A stretch of 64,000 nt of DNA from Clostridia bacterium (lineage in GTDB: Bacteria; Bacillota; Clostridia; Oscillospirales; SIG627): NCBI GenBank assembly GCA_017507325.1, contig JAFWBD010000047.1:1146-65145 (forward strand). Direction: 5' to 3'. The position numbers and the translations under genes are program-made. Below the pieces are notes generated by a model. That model worked only from the letters and a program-made list of their open reading frames with translations, was not told the origin of the DNA and searched no databases. Below, in pieces: positions 1-8,574 of the stretch. The stretch's first letter is position 1; each line of letters starts with the position of its first letter.

Positions 1-424
1 TGATGGCAGTAGTCAGATTTCCCCCAAGGAAGGTGCCCTTGTAGATCTTATCATACATATCCACCACCACAACGTCACCCTCTACCAGAGAATCCACGAC
101 CCACTGGTTATAATTGCCCTTTCTTCCGTCCTCGGCGCCGCGGGCAAACATCACTTCGTGAAGATCGGGGCGAGTGGGAACGTAGGTAGCGGTCACGGCA
201 CGGCCGATGAGCTTTCTGCCGTCATCGTGGAGGGTTCTTAAGTCTCCCTCGAACTGGCTTTCATAGCCCTTGATAAAAATGGGCTTCCACAATTCCTCCA
301 AGGTCATATTCTTCATCTGATCCAAATATTTTTGAGGAACCTTGGGTCTTCCGTCGGGAAATCTCTCTCCCTTCCAAAGAGGGGTCAAGGCGATCACGGT
401 CTCTCTGTCGTTGATGGTAATCAT
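1..424 (-). CDS. RraA-family protein (RraA / 4-hydroxy-4-methyl-2-oxoglutarate aldolase-like). N-terminal part only; the gene runs off the left edge.
   Basis: Manual minus-strand translation from the ATG at 424-422 gives MITINDRETVIALTPLWKGERFPDGRPKVPQKYLDQMKNMTLEELW...GRKGNYNQWVVDSLVEGDVVVVDMYDKIYKGTFLGGNLTTAI. The frame stays open to position 1. The gene sits 12 nt downstream of the preceding same-strand gene. The family call is from recalled similarity only. Confidence 0.6.
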   Translation of the reverse strand, partial: MITINDRETVIALTPLWKGERFPDGRPKVPQKYLDQMKNMTLEELWKPIFIKGYESQFEGDLRTLHDDGRKLIGRAVTATYVPTRPDLHEVMFARGAEDGRKGNYNQWVVDSLVEGDVVVVDMYDKIYKGTFLGGNLTTAI

Positions 425-436
425 AGCGCTTCTCCT

Positions 437-1921
437 TTATTCAATCACAAGAAAATAGGTGCCGTTGGGATGCAAGGTCAATTTCAGGGGCTCGGCGGCC
501 TTTTGGATCAGGGCGGGCTTTAAATTCCCCTCCTCCCGAAGCAGAGCGATCTGCTCCGGGGTCAAAGGCTCAGCCATATGCTCCTTCTGATAGAGGCGAT
601 AGGGATTGGTGCTTTCCCCATCGATGCGATAAAGGGTAACGGTTTTCTCCTCCAAATCCTCCATATCAAGAACAATCTCTTCGGAAAGGACGGGGAGATC
701 CTCGGAAAAGAGCGGAGAGGAATAGGTCAGAAGAACCGCCGCATTTCCCTTTTCATCCGCTGTGGGCAACACGAAAACGTTCTCCCCCGCGCCTTTTGCC
801 TCCAACACGTTCTCCTTCAAGCGAGCGGCCAGCAAAAAGGCATTGTAAATGGGCTTTTTGATGAAATTCAAGGTGAAGAAATTGCGGAAGCCCGAGAAAT
901 CCTCGGTCATTTCGTGCTGACCCGACAGGCAGATCATCAATTCCTCCATTTTCAGATCGCTGAACACAATCTCGTGGATCAATTTGGCATAATAGGAGGA
1001 AAACATCTCGGTCTCCCTCATCATCAAAAGGGGGCAATCCTCACGGTTAGCAAAACCTCGGGTGGACATTCCCCATTCGTCGATCACAATGGGGGTATCT
1101 TCAAAGCCACAGTCAAGGATCACGTTGCGGTAACTGCGGATGCGCTCCACCAGATCCCGAACGCAGTAGGGGCGGGTGCCGTCGTTGAGGCGCTGAGGGC
1201 TGGTGCCGTAGGCGTGAAGGGCAATATAATCCAGCTTCAGGGAGTTTTTCTTCACGTGCTTCAAAAAGCCCTCCAAAAACGGCAAACGGTTGGCCAGAAC
1301 AGGTCCTCCCAAGGGAATTTTTTCGGAAACGCGGCGAACGCCTCGCTGGAAGGCATCGTACATCTTGCAATAATCCGCCAAGCGCTGTTCGTTCGCCTCC
1401 TTGGGAAGCTCCGAATGGAAAAAGGCGGAAATATCGGGCTCGTTGAAGCACTGACACAGCCAGGAGGATACCACCTCGATGCCGTAGCGCTCCACGTTAT
1501 GCTTGGTATATTCGTAGCAGACCTCTTCCCAGAGAGCATCGTCCGCAGGGGGAGCGGAATTCCACATTTTTCCCTTGTAACGGGTCTTATTCTTGGAAGA
1601 GCTGGTTTTGTTTTGAACCGACTGTGCCAGAATATCGGGCATTCCCGCATAAGCCAAAACGAAGCGATAGCCCTTCTCCACCATATAATCCAGGCGCAGG
1701 TCGCTGAGACGGAAATCATACAGAAGCTTGCCGCTTTCATCGGTATAAACGATATCCTCCAGCATTGCATACAATCGAACCGCACGCATCGCACCGTCCT
1801 CGGCCATACGGTCCAGAATGCGCTTTCCCCAAGGATCCTCCACCGCATCGGTGGGATGGAACACACAGCCGTTCCAAAAGTTTTTCTGTTTCTTTACAAT
1901 GTTTTTCGTAATGCGAATCAT
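437..1921 (-). CDS. Clan GH-A glycoside hydrolase, GH39-like (beta-xylosidase / alpha-L-iduronidase type), with no signal peptide
   Basis: 494-aa ORF. It has an acid/base-type motif CFNEPD and a nucleophile-type motif IVIDEWG. Its start overlaps the uxuA stop (ATGA). Confidence 0.75.
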   Translation of the reverse strand: MIRITKNIVKKQKNFWNGCVFHPTDAVEDPWGKRILDRMAEDGAMRAVRLYAMLEDIVYTDESGKLLYDFRLSDLRLDYMVEKGYRFVLAYAGMPDILAQSVQNKTSSSKNKTRYKGKMWNSAPPADDALWEEVCYEYTKHNVERYGIEVVSSWLCQCFNEPDISAFFHSELPKEANEQRLADYCKMYDAFQRGVRRVSEKIPLGGPVLANRLPFLEGFLKHVKKNSLKLDYIALHAYGTSPQRLNDGTRPYCVRDLVERIRSYRNVILDCGFEDTPIVIDEWGMSTRGFANREDCPLLMMRETEMFSSYYAKLIHEIVFSDLKMEELMICLSGQHEMTEDFSGFRNFFTLNFIKKPIYNAFLLAARLKENVLEAKGAGENVFVLPTADEKGNAAVLLTYSSPLFSEDLPVLSEEIVLDMEDLEEKTVTLYRIDGESTNPYRLYQKEHMAEPLTPEQIALLREEGNLKPALIQKAAEPLKLTLHPNGTYFLVIE

Positions 1922-2877
1922 CGTACTGCACCTCCCGTTGCATCCAAAATTCCTTTTAAATAGCCGATGGCAAAGAGTCTTCCCATGGCGTCATATCCGG
2001 GCAGGGTGGATTTTTCACCTGCCATTGTGGGAACGTGATCCACGCGAATGGGAACGTTGACTCCGTTTTTTACGTAAACCCTCATAAGATTTGCCATATC
2101 CAAATCTCCGTTGTCGTGGAAGGTTTCGCGGAAGTGGCGGGGCGTTCCCTTGGTATTGCGGAAATGGACCAGATGGATCTTCGGAGCAAATTCCGCAATG
2201 GTATCCTCCAGATCCTCTCCCATAATATAAAAATTTGCCTGACACATGGTGATACCGAGACTGTCGCTGGGGCAGATCTCATACACCGCACGCCGGATGT
2301 TCTCACGGCTGATCATAATCCTCTCCACGTCTCCCAAACGGGGCACGGGCGGATCGTCGGGATGAAGGGCCAATTTGATCCCATAGCGTTCCGCATCGGG
2401 CAGAACCGCACGGATGAAATATTCGTAGTTTTTCCAAAGCTGAGAAGCGGTAATGGCGTGGGGCGTGGGTGAAAAATGATCCAAGCAAAACTCCGTTACC
2501 TTGGCTCCGCCCCGCTCGGGAAAATCGGAGGAGGTTCGGTACCAGCCGATATGAGCCATAAAATTAAAGCAAATGGTTCCGATCCCCATTTTTTGCATAA
2601 TGGGGAACATTTTCAAAACCTTTTCAATGCACGCATCCCGCATGGAATCCCCTGCCTTGATATGATCGTGAACCTCGTTGGGCATCGGCTCGATCACCAA
2701 GGGGGTGATCCCGAAATCGGTAAAGCGACGAACCACCGTTTCCCAAGCGGCAGGATCGGTCAAATCAAAGGCGGGATCCTCCGGCAAGCGGATCACCCCG
2801 CATCGAACCCCCGATTGCAGGGCAAAATCCCAGGTGGCATCCCGCTCGCTTCTGAAATAATCGGCAAGAATCATCAC
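1918..2877 (-). CDS. uxuA: D-mannonate dehydratase
   Basis: 319-aa ORF with typical UxuA sequence (ALHPDDPP, HFRN..G, RVDHVP). It overlaps both neighbouring genes by 4 nt. Confidence 0.85.
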   Translation of the reverse strand: MMILADYFRSERDATWDFALQSGVRCGVIRLPEDPAFDLTDPAAWETVVRRFTDFGITPLVIEPMPNEVHDHIKAGDSMRDACIEKVLKMFPIMQKMGIGTICFNFMAHIGWYRTSSDFPERGGAKVTEFCLDHFSPTPHAITASQLWKNYEYFIRAVLPDAERYGIKLALHPDDPPVPRLGDVERIMISRENIRRAVYEICPSDSLGITMCQANFYIMGEDLEDTIAEFAPKIHLVHFRNTKGTPRHFRETFHDNGDLDMANLMRVYVKNGVNVPIRVDHVPTMAGEKSTLPGYDAMGRLFAIGYLKGILDATGGAVR

Positions 2878-3722
2878 ACGCCACCCAAGGTCAGAAAGCC
2901 GCCGTCCACCGGAACGGTGATTCCCGTAACAAAGCCCGAGGCCTCGTCATCCAGGAGCCACTTGACACAGCCCGTCAGATCTCTTGCCTCGCCGAAGCGC
3001 CCCATAGGAGTATGCCCGATCACCTGCTGACCCCGAGGCGTAAGTCCCTCCTCCACGGTACCCAGATAATTCTTACTGCGCTCGTTGACCATAAAGCCGG
3101 GAGCCACTGCGTTGATGCGAATCCCCGCGGGGGCAAAATACGCCGCAAAGGACTGAGTCAGATTGCAAACGGCAGCCTTACTCATGGCATAAGCAAAGCA
3201 GCGAGTCAAGGGACAAAAGCTATTCATCGAGGCAAAATTCACCACCGAGCCGCTTCCCTTGGCAATCATTTGCTTGGAAAAGGCCAAAAGCGGGATCACC
3301 GTTCCCATGGTGTTGATGTCCAAAACCGAGCGGAACGCAGCGATATCGATATCATACAGTCCCTTTTGACCCTCGGGCAATTCTCCCGTCAATTCTTTCG
3401 GATCGAATCGGGTAATGGTGGGCATCGCCTTTTGGTTGTTGCCGCCCGCACCGTTGATGAGAAAATCACAGCCGCCCGCTCCATGAACCAGCTGTGCCAA
3501 ATCCTCAACCGCCTTTTCATCGGTCACGTCGCAGGAAACGGCCGTAGGAGGCACGCCGCCCGCGGCGAGGATCTTTTCAGCGGTCTTTTCCAATTTATCC
3601 ATCGTTCTGCCTACCAGAAATACCTTGGCTCCCTCCAAGGAGAGCTGAAGGGCGATCTCGGAGCAAAGAGTTCCTCCCGCGCCCGTCACCACAGCAATCT
3701 TGTTTTCAAAGCGTTTTCCCAT
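2874..3722 (-). CDS. SDR-family oxidoreductase, probably a D-mannonate/fructuronate oxidoreductase
   Basis: 282-aa ORF with the Rossmann motif VTGAGGTLC and an SDR catalytic Y..xK (YAMSK). It lies between uxaC and uxuA. Confidence 0.8.
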   Translation of the reverse strand: MGKRFENKIAVVTGAGGTLCSEIALQLSLEGAKVFLVGRTMDKLEKTAEKILAAGGVPPTAVSCDVTDEKAVEDLAQLVHGAGGCDFLINGAGGNNQKAMPTITRFDPKELTGELPEGQKGLYDIDIAAFRSVLDINTMGTVIPLLAFSKQMIAKGSGSVVNFASMNSFCPLTRCFAYAMSKAAVCNLTQSFAAYFAPAGIRINAVAPGFMVNERSKNYLGTVEEGLTPRGQQVIGHTPMGRFGEARDLTGCVKWLLDDEASGFVTGITVPVDGGFLTLGGV

Positions 3723-3739
3723 TTTATTCTCCTCATTCT

Positions 3740-5029
3740 TTATTTTTTGATATGGTTCATTGCATTTTCAAAGCAAATTTTTCGTATCATTTCTCCCTGC
3801 GCCTCAAAGGACAGCTCCCATTCTCCCGCAGTATTTTGTTCATCCAGCCAATTACAGAGCAATCTGCGGAAATAATCGTGGCGGACAAAGGAAAGAATGC
3901 TTCGGGAATCGGTGGTCATCCCGATGAATTCGGAAACCAGCCCGAAGGAGGAAATACAGGAAAGAGCGTGGCGGATCCCCAGGGCGTGGTCGCACCACCA
4001 CCAAGCGGGACCCAATTGAACCTTAGAGGCCACCCCATCCTGAGCAAAGGAGCCCTGCAGCACCGAAAGAGGTGCCATATCGCCAAGATTCAAGGGAAAG
4101 AGCACCGTATCGGGAAGACCCTCCCGTCCCTCCATTTCTCCCAGCATAGAGCCAAGCGAAGAGAGGTCGAAGCCTCCTCCCACCGCCGCATAGCCGCCCG
4201 CGGGACCCGCAAGACGGGCAAGGCGGGGACCCACGCTTCTCTTGGCATCCAAATGAAGCAGAAGAGTCCAACCGCGCTTTTGATATTCCGACGCCAAAGC
4301 GATCAGTATTTTTTGCTTATGACCGTCCGTATCCCCTTGGAAGAAGCCATCGTCCAAAGCGTGATCCGCAAAGCGGCAGCCCGCCTCGTCGAAGCGATCC
4401 AAAAGAACCGAAACGGCACGGATATAGGAATCGAGATCCTCCCCGATGGGAAGAGCGGCTTTTTCCGAAATCGCTTTTTTCAGCTCCGTCGTAGGTGTCA
4501 AAAGCTGATCGCCCCGCAAGGAGGGTGCGGTGCTCTTCCCGTCAAACAGAGAAAGATCATCCAAAAGAGAGGCTACGGGGGATTGATACGCAATGGAAAA
4601 GCGGTTCAGAATGGCTCTGCAGGAAAATTCGGGAGAGGCCAGCTTTTCGCCGCAAAGGTCGTACAGATAGCGCGCACCTTTTCCGTCGGGAAGAAGATCG
4701 ATCCCGAAAATGCGGGAAAGCTCCATACGGCACCAATCGTAAACGGGATTCCCCGCAAAGCGGGGGAATACCTCGCAAAACTTTTCAAATTTCTCAAAGG
4801 GCTCGGACGAGCCCGTAATATAATACTCATCGACCCCGCAAATTCGCATCAGACGGTGCTTGTAGGGATCGGAGAACAGCCAAAGCTCTCCGACGTTTTC
4901 AAAGCGGCGGTCGCGGGCGATGTCCTCCACCGACAAATGATTGTGAAAATCCACAATGGGCAGATCTGCGGCAAACTCCCCGTACAGACGGCGGGCATTT
5001 TCCGTTTTGAGCAAAAAAGTTTCCTTCAA
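3740..5029 (-). CDS. uxaC: Glucuronate isomerase
   Basis: Contains the IVDFHNHL motif and DPYKHRLMR. The track ORF begins at the TTG at 5071, but that codon lies inside a TTGAAA-17-TATACT promoter. I therefore place the start at the TTG at 5029, 8 nt after GAGGGAG. Confidence 0.8.
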   Translation of the reverse strand: MKETFLLKTENARRLYGEFAADLPIVDFHNHLSVEDIARDRRFENVGELWLFSDPYKHRLMRICGVDEYYITGSSEPFEKFEKFCEVFPRFAGNPVYDWCRMELSRIFGIDLLPDGKGARYLYDLCGEKLASPEFSCRAILNRFSIAYQSPVASLLDDLSLFDGKSTAPSLRGDQLLTPTTELKKAISEKAALPIGEDLDSYIRAVSVLLDRFDEAGCRFADHALDDGFFQGDTDGHKQKILIALASEYQKRGWTLLLHLDAKRSVGPRLARLAGPAGGYAAVGGGFDLSSLGSMLGEMEGREGLPDTVLFPLNLGDMAPLSVLQGSFAQDGVASKVQLGPAWWWCDHALGIRHALSCISSFGLVSEFIGMTTDSRSILSFVRHDYFRRLLCNWLDEQNTAGEWELSFEAQGEMIRKICFENAMNHIKK

Positions 5030-5059
5030 GTTCTTTTCTCCCTCTCGCTTATTTTTTTC

Positions 5060-5088
5060 AGTATAGCACAAACCGAACGTGGTTTCAA
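5060..5088 (-). promoter_or_regulatory. Sigma-70-type promoter for the uxaC operon
   Basis: The minus strand reads TTGAAA (5088-5083), a 17-nt spacer ending in TGtGc, then TATACT (5065-5060). Confidence 0.55.
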
Positions 5089-5130
5089 GGAATTATCCGA
5101 TCTTTTTTAACACGATTCGATCACGATCTC

Positions 5131-5159
5131 TTGACAAATCCGCCCTTGGCGGATAGAAT
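5131..5159 (+). promoter_or_regulatory. Sigma-70-type promoter for the AraC-family regulator, divergent from P(uxaC)
   Basis: TTGACA (5131-5136), a 17-nt spacer, then TAGAAT (5154-5159). Confidence 0.5.
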
Positions 5160-5177
5160 GAAACCGAGGTGAGACGT

Positions 5178-5954
5178 ATGAAATATCAGTTTGATCTGCG
5201 AGAAGCGGATTTTTCGGTGGGAAGGGTGGATATTCAGAACGTATCCCGCCCCAAGGGCTACAAGCACTCCTTTCGTAACGGAAGAATCAAGCACGGCTTT
5301 ATCTACACGGTCAAGGGCTGTATGCTGGATCACTTTCATTCCGGAGAAAAAAAGGAGATCCTTGTGGAGGAGGGAGAGATCATCTTCATTCCCCGCGGCA
5401 GCAGCTACACGGGCATCTATCAGGAGGACGGAACCGAGATCAAGATCATCCAATTTGAATTGATCTCGGGCAGCCTTCCGCCCTATCTTTCAAGGCCCAC
5501 CAAGATCAGCCTTTCCGACGGAGGGAAGATCATCGATTCCTTTTTTACCCCGACGGAAAACCAAAGAAGCTCTCATCCCTTTTATTATTTATCACGGCTT
5601 TACGAGCTTTTGTGGCGGATCGACGAAAGCCTGGCGGGGATCCCCGCCAAATACAAAAGGCTTCGTCCTGCCCTTGACCGCCTTCAGACCCATTGGAATC
5701 GGGGAGAATCGGTGGCCTTTTACGCCTCTCTGTGCTTGATGAGCGAGGCGCATTTTCGAAGGCTTTTTCGGGAATATACAGGGCTGTCCCCCGTTGATTA
5801 CCGCAACGATCTGAGACTGAAAAACGCCCGTGCCATGCTCCAAAGCGGTGAATACAACGTCAGCACGGCCTCCGAGGCCTCGGGCTTTTCCAACCTTTCT
5901 TTTTTCATCCGTTTGTACAAGAAAAAGTACGGCCATACCCCGAAAAAGGAATAG
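5178..5954 (+). CDS. AraC-family transcriptional regulator (cupin-like sensor domain plus a C-terminal HTH)
   Basis: The C-terminus has the AraC HTH signature (EAHFRRLFREYTGLSPVDYRNDLRLKNA...FSNLSFFIRLYKKKYGHTP). The ATG at 5178 follows GAGGTGA. The track uses the GTG at 5169. Confidence 0.85.
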   Translation: MKYQFDLREADFSVGRVDIQNVSRPKGYKHSFRNGRIKHGFIYTVKGCMLDHFHSGEKKEILVEEGEIIFIPRGSSYTGIYQEDGTEIKIIQFELISGSLPPYLSRPTKISLSDGGKIIDSFFTPTENQRSSHPFYYLSRLYELLWRIDESLAGIPAKYKRLRPALDRLQTHWNRGESVAFYASLCLMSEAHFRRLFREYTGLSPVDYRNDLRLKNARAMLQSGEYNVSTASEASGFSNLSFFIRLYKKKYGHTPKKE

Positions 5955-5999
5955 ACGCAAGCAAAAATCCGCGTCGGGGACAGTCCGAATGATTCCTTC

Positions 6000-6028
6000 T
6001 TGACATTTCGGGAAAAGTATTGTACCAT
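6000..6028 (+). promoter_or_regulatory. Candidate promoter for the amidohydrolase / BNR gene pair
   Basis: TTGACA (6000-6005), a 17-nt spacer, then TACCAT (6023-6028). Confidence 0.4.
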
Positions 6029-6087
6029 TTCTTCCGTAGCCGACGGGCTAAAAATAAAATCGGGAAATTTTCCTTGAAAGAGCCGTT

Positions 6088-7299
6088 ATGATTCAAACGT
6101 ATTTGATTCGAAACGCATCCCTTTTTTCCGCAGAAAGCGGGCGGATGCAAACCCAAAGCATTTTGGTGGAAGGGGGCATCATCCGCGCCATCGGCCGTGA
6201 CCTTTCCCTTCCCGAGGGGGCGCTTCTTCTGGAGGCGGAGGGAATGATCATCTCGCCCGGTTGGGTGGACTGTCACGCCCATTTTTATTACGATGCCGAA
6301 AACGTGATCGGGGTGGATCCCCAGCGCTATCTGATCCCCTTTGGGGTGACCTATGCCTTGGATCCCGGCTCCGCAGGAGCGGCAGGCTTCGAGGATTTTC
6401 TTTCCCACGTGGGAAGGCGAACCGACCTGGGATTTTGCTCCTATCTGAACCTTTCCGAAATCGGCGTTCCGATCTTCGGCTATGAATTTACGGATCTTTC
6501 CCATCTGAAGTCCGATGCTGCCGAAGAAATGCTTCGTCGCTACCCCGAAAAGCTTATGGGGGTCAAGATCCGCATCAGCCAAAAGGTCTGCTCGGATCCC
6601 GCCACAGTGCTGAGAGAGGCCCGCGCGCTTTGCGATCGCACAAAGACCCGTCTTTGCGTTCACGCCACGGGCTGCGTTCTTTCTACGGAAGAGATTCTGC
6701 GCTTTCTGAAGACGGGCGATACCTTCACCCACTGCTTTGCCAAAACACAATCGGGTATTTTGGACGATCAGGGATACGTTCGCTCCTGCGTGCACGAGGC
6801 ACGGGAGAGGGGTATTTTCTTCGATCTGGGTCACGGCAAAGGAAGCTTTTCCTTTGAAGTGGCAAAAAAGGCGATCGAGCATGGCTTTCTTCCCGATTTT
6901 ATTTCCACCGATCTGCACATTGCGGGGGTCAACGGCCCCGTTTTTGATATGCCCACCGTTCTTTCCAAAATGCTTGCGCTGAATCTTTCCTTGGAGGAAA
7001 TCCTTCTGCGCATCACCGCAGAGCCCGTCAAAAAGCTGGGTCTTCGGGACAAAAGCCTTGCGATCCGCGTGGGAGAAAAGGCAGATCTGACTGCTTTTCG
7101 AATCAAAAAGGGAGATTTTCTCTGGCAGGATTCCATCGGAGAATCCCTTGCGGGTAAAGAGAGGATCGAATCGCTCTTCACCTGTTTGGGCGATCGGATC
7201 TTCACCCCCATCCGAAGCCGCGATGAAAACCGCCCGATCGGGCAGCCGCTTCCCTTTTGCCAAAATTCCAACCCGTCAAAAGTCACCAAAAACCAATAA
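6088..7299 (+). CDS. Amidohydrolase / deacetylase-family metallohydrolase
   Basis: 403-aa ORF. The N-terminal beta-sandwich is followed by an HxH metal motif (GWVDCHAHF). Confidence 0.75.
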   Translation: MIQTYLIRNASLFSAESGRMQTQSILVEGGIIRAIGRDLSLPEGALLLEAEGMIISPGWVDCHAHFYYDAENVIGVDPQRYLIPFGVTYALDPGSAGAAGFEDFLSHVGRRTDLGFCSYLNLSEIGVPIFGYEFTDLSHLKSDAAEEMLRRYPEKLMGVKIRISQKVCSDPATVLREARALCDRTKTRLCVHATGCVLSTEEILRFLKTGDTFTHCFAKTQSGILDDQGYVRSCVHEARERGIFFDLGHGKGSFSFEVAKKAIEHGFLPDFISTDLHIAGVNGPVFDMPTVLSKMLALNLSLEEILLRITAEPVKKLGLRDKSLAIRVGEKADLTAFRIKKGDFLWQDSIGESLAGKERIESLFTCLGDRIFTPIRSRDENRPIGQPLPFCQNSNPSKVTKNQ

Positions 7300-7311
7300 A
7301 GGAGAACCACT

Positions 7312-8424
7312 ATGAAGCACAGCATTGTATCCCGCATCACCGAAGGCGCCTTTCGCTATCAAGGATGGCCCACCGTAACAAAAGGAGAGGACGGCACTCT
7401 GTACGTCGGTGCCTCGGGGCATCGCCTCAATCACGTTTGCCCCTTCGGAAAAAATCTGATGTACGTCAGTTTTGACGAGGGTGAAAGCTGGTCTTGCCCG
7501 CAGATTGTCAACGACAGCTATCTGGACGATCGGGACGCCGGTATGCTCGCTTGGGGCGACGGCAATCTGCTGCTCACTTTTTTCAGCACCTCGGCAGAAA
7601 AATTCGAGGATTTTGATTTGGAGGACGGCAAGCCCCACGTGAACGTTCGCTCTCCTCTTGCCATGGGAATGCGTGCGCTTTGGGATACGCTTTCCAAGGA
7701 TCAATTGCACCCCGGATCCTATACCCGCATTTCCCGAGACAACGGAAAAACCTGGTCCGAGCCCCGCCCCGCTCCGGTTTCTTCCCCTCACGGCCCCTGC
7801 AGACTAAAGGACGGCAGTCTTCTTTTCGTCGGCTCCATCGTAACGGAAGGCTCGTTTGACAGCACCGATCATACCAAGCGGATCCAAGCCTTCCGAAGCT
7901 GCGATGACGGAAAAACCTGGCATTATCTCTCCCACATCCCCTATCCCGAGGGAGCGGATCAAGCCCACCACGAGCCCCACGCCATTCAAATGGCAAACGG
8001 AGATATTTTGGTGGCTGTTCGTTATGAGAACACCTATACTCCCGTGATGAAGAGTATGCGCATCTACACCGCCCTCTCCCACGACAACGGAAAAACCTGG
8101 GAAAAGGCGGGATTTCTGGATCAGCACGGTGCGCCACCGCATCTGCTGCAGCATTCCTCCGGCGCGGTCATTCTGAGCTATTCCCGCCGTTTGGAGCCTA
8201 TGGGGCAATACGTTCGCGTAAGCCGCGACTTCGGAAAGACCTGGTCGAAGGACACCATGATCAGCCCCGAGGAATCCACCGGGATTCCGGCTTGGGATCA
8301 CGGTTATCCCTCCTCCGTAGAGCTGGCAAACGGAGATATTCTGACCGTTTACTATCAGAAATGTCCGGGAGACGGTTACTGCTCCCTTCACAGCATTCGC
8401 TGGTCCTTGGACGAGCTTGAATAA
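7312..8424 (+). CDS. BNR-repeat (sialidase/GH33-like beta-propeller) protein with no signal peptide
   Basis: There are five SxDxGxTW-type Asp-boxes: SFDEGESW, SRDNGKTW, SCDDGKTW, SHDNGKTW and SRDFGKTW. AAAGGAGA lies upstream of the ATG. Confidence 0.8.
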   Translation: MKHSIVSRITEGAFRYQGWPTVTKGEDGTLYVGASGHRLNHVCPFGKNLMYVSFDEGESWSCPQIVNDSYLDDRDAGMLAWGDGNLLLTFFSTSAEKFEDFDLEDGKPHVNVRSPLAMGMRALWDTLSKDQLHPGSYTRISRDNGKTWSEPRPAPVSSPHGPCRLKDGSLLFVGSIVTEGSFDSTDHTKRIQAFRSCDDGKTWHYLSHIPYPEGADQAHHEPHAIQMANGDILVAVRYENTYTPVMKSMRIYTALSHDNGKTWEKAGFLDQHGAPPHLLQHSSGAVILSYSRRLEPMGQYVRVSRDFGKTWSKDTMISPEESTGIPAWDHGYPSSVELANGDILTVYYQKCPGDGYCSLHSIRWSLDELE

Positions 8425-8472
8425 GCCGCATCCCATGCCTTCCGATCAGACGACAAAACCAATACAATAAGT

Positions 8473-8510
8473 AAGAAGAGAGAATCAAGCCGTTCTCTCT
8501 TCTTATTGTT
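8473..8510 (+). terminator. Rho-independent terminator after the BNR gene
   Basis: A perfect 12-bp stem, aagaagagagaa (8473-8484) pairing with ttctctcttctt (8493-8504), an 8-nt loop and a T-rich tail. Confidence 0.6.
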
Positions 8511-8574
8511 TCGTCTCTTATTGTTTCGTCTTGTTTTGAATCCGTATCGCTCCGATCCCGCGCAAAATTTTTCT

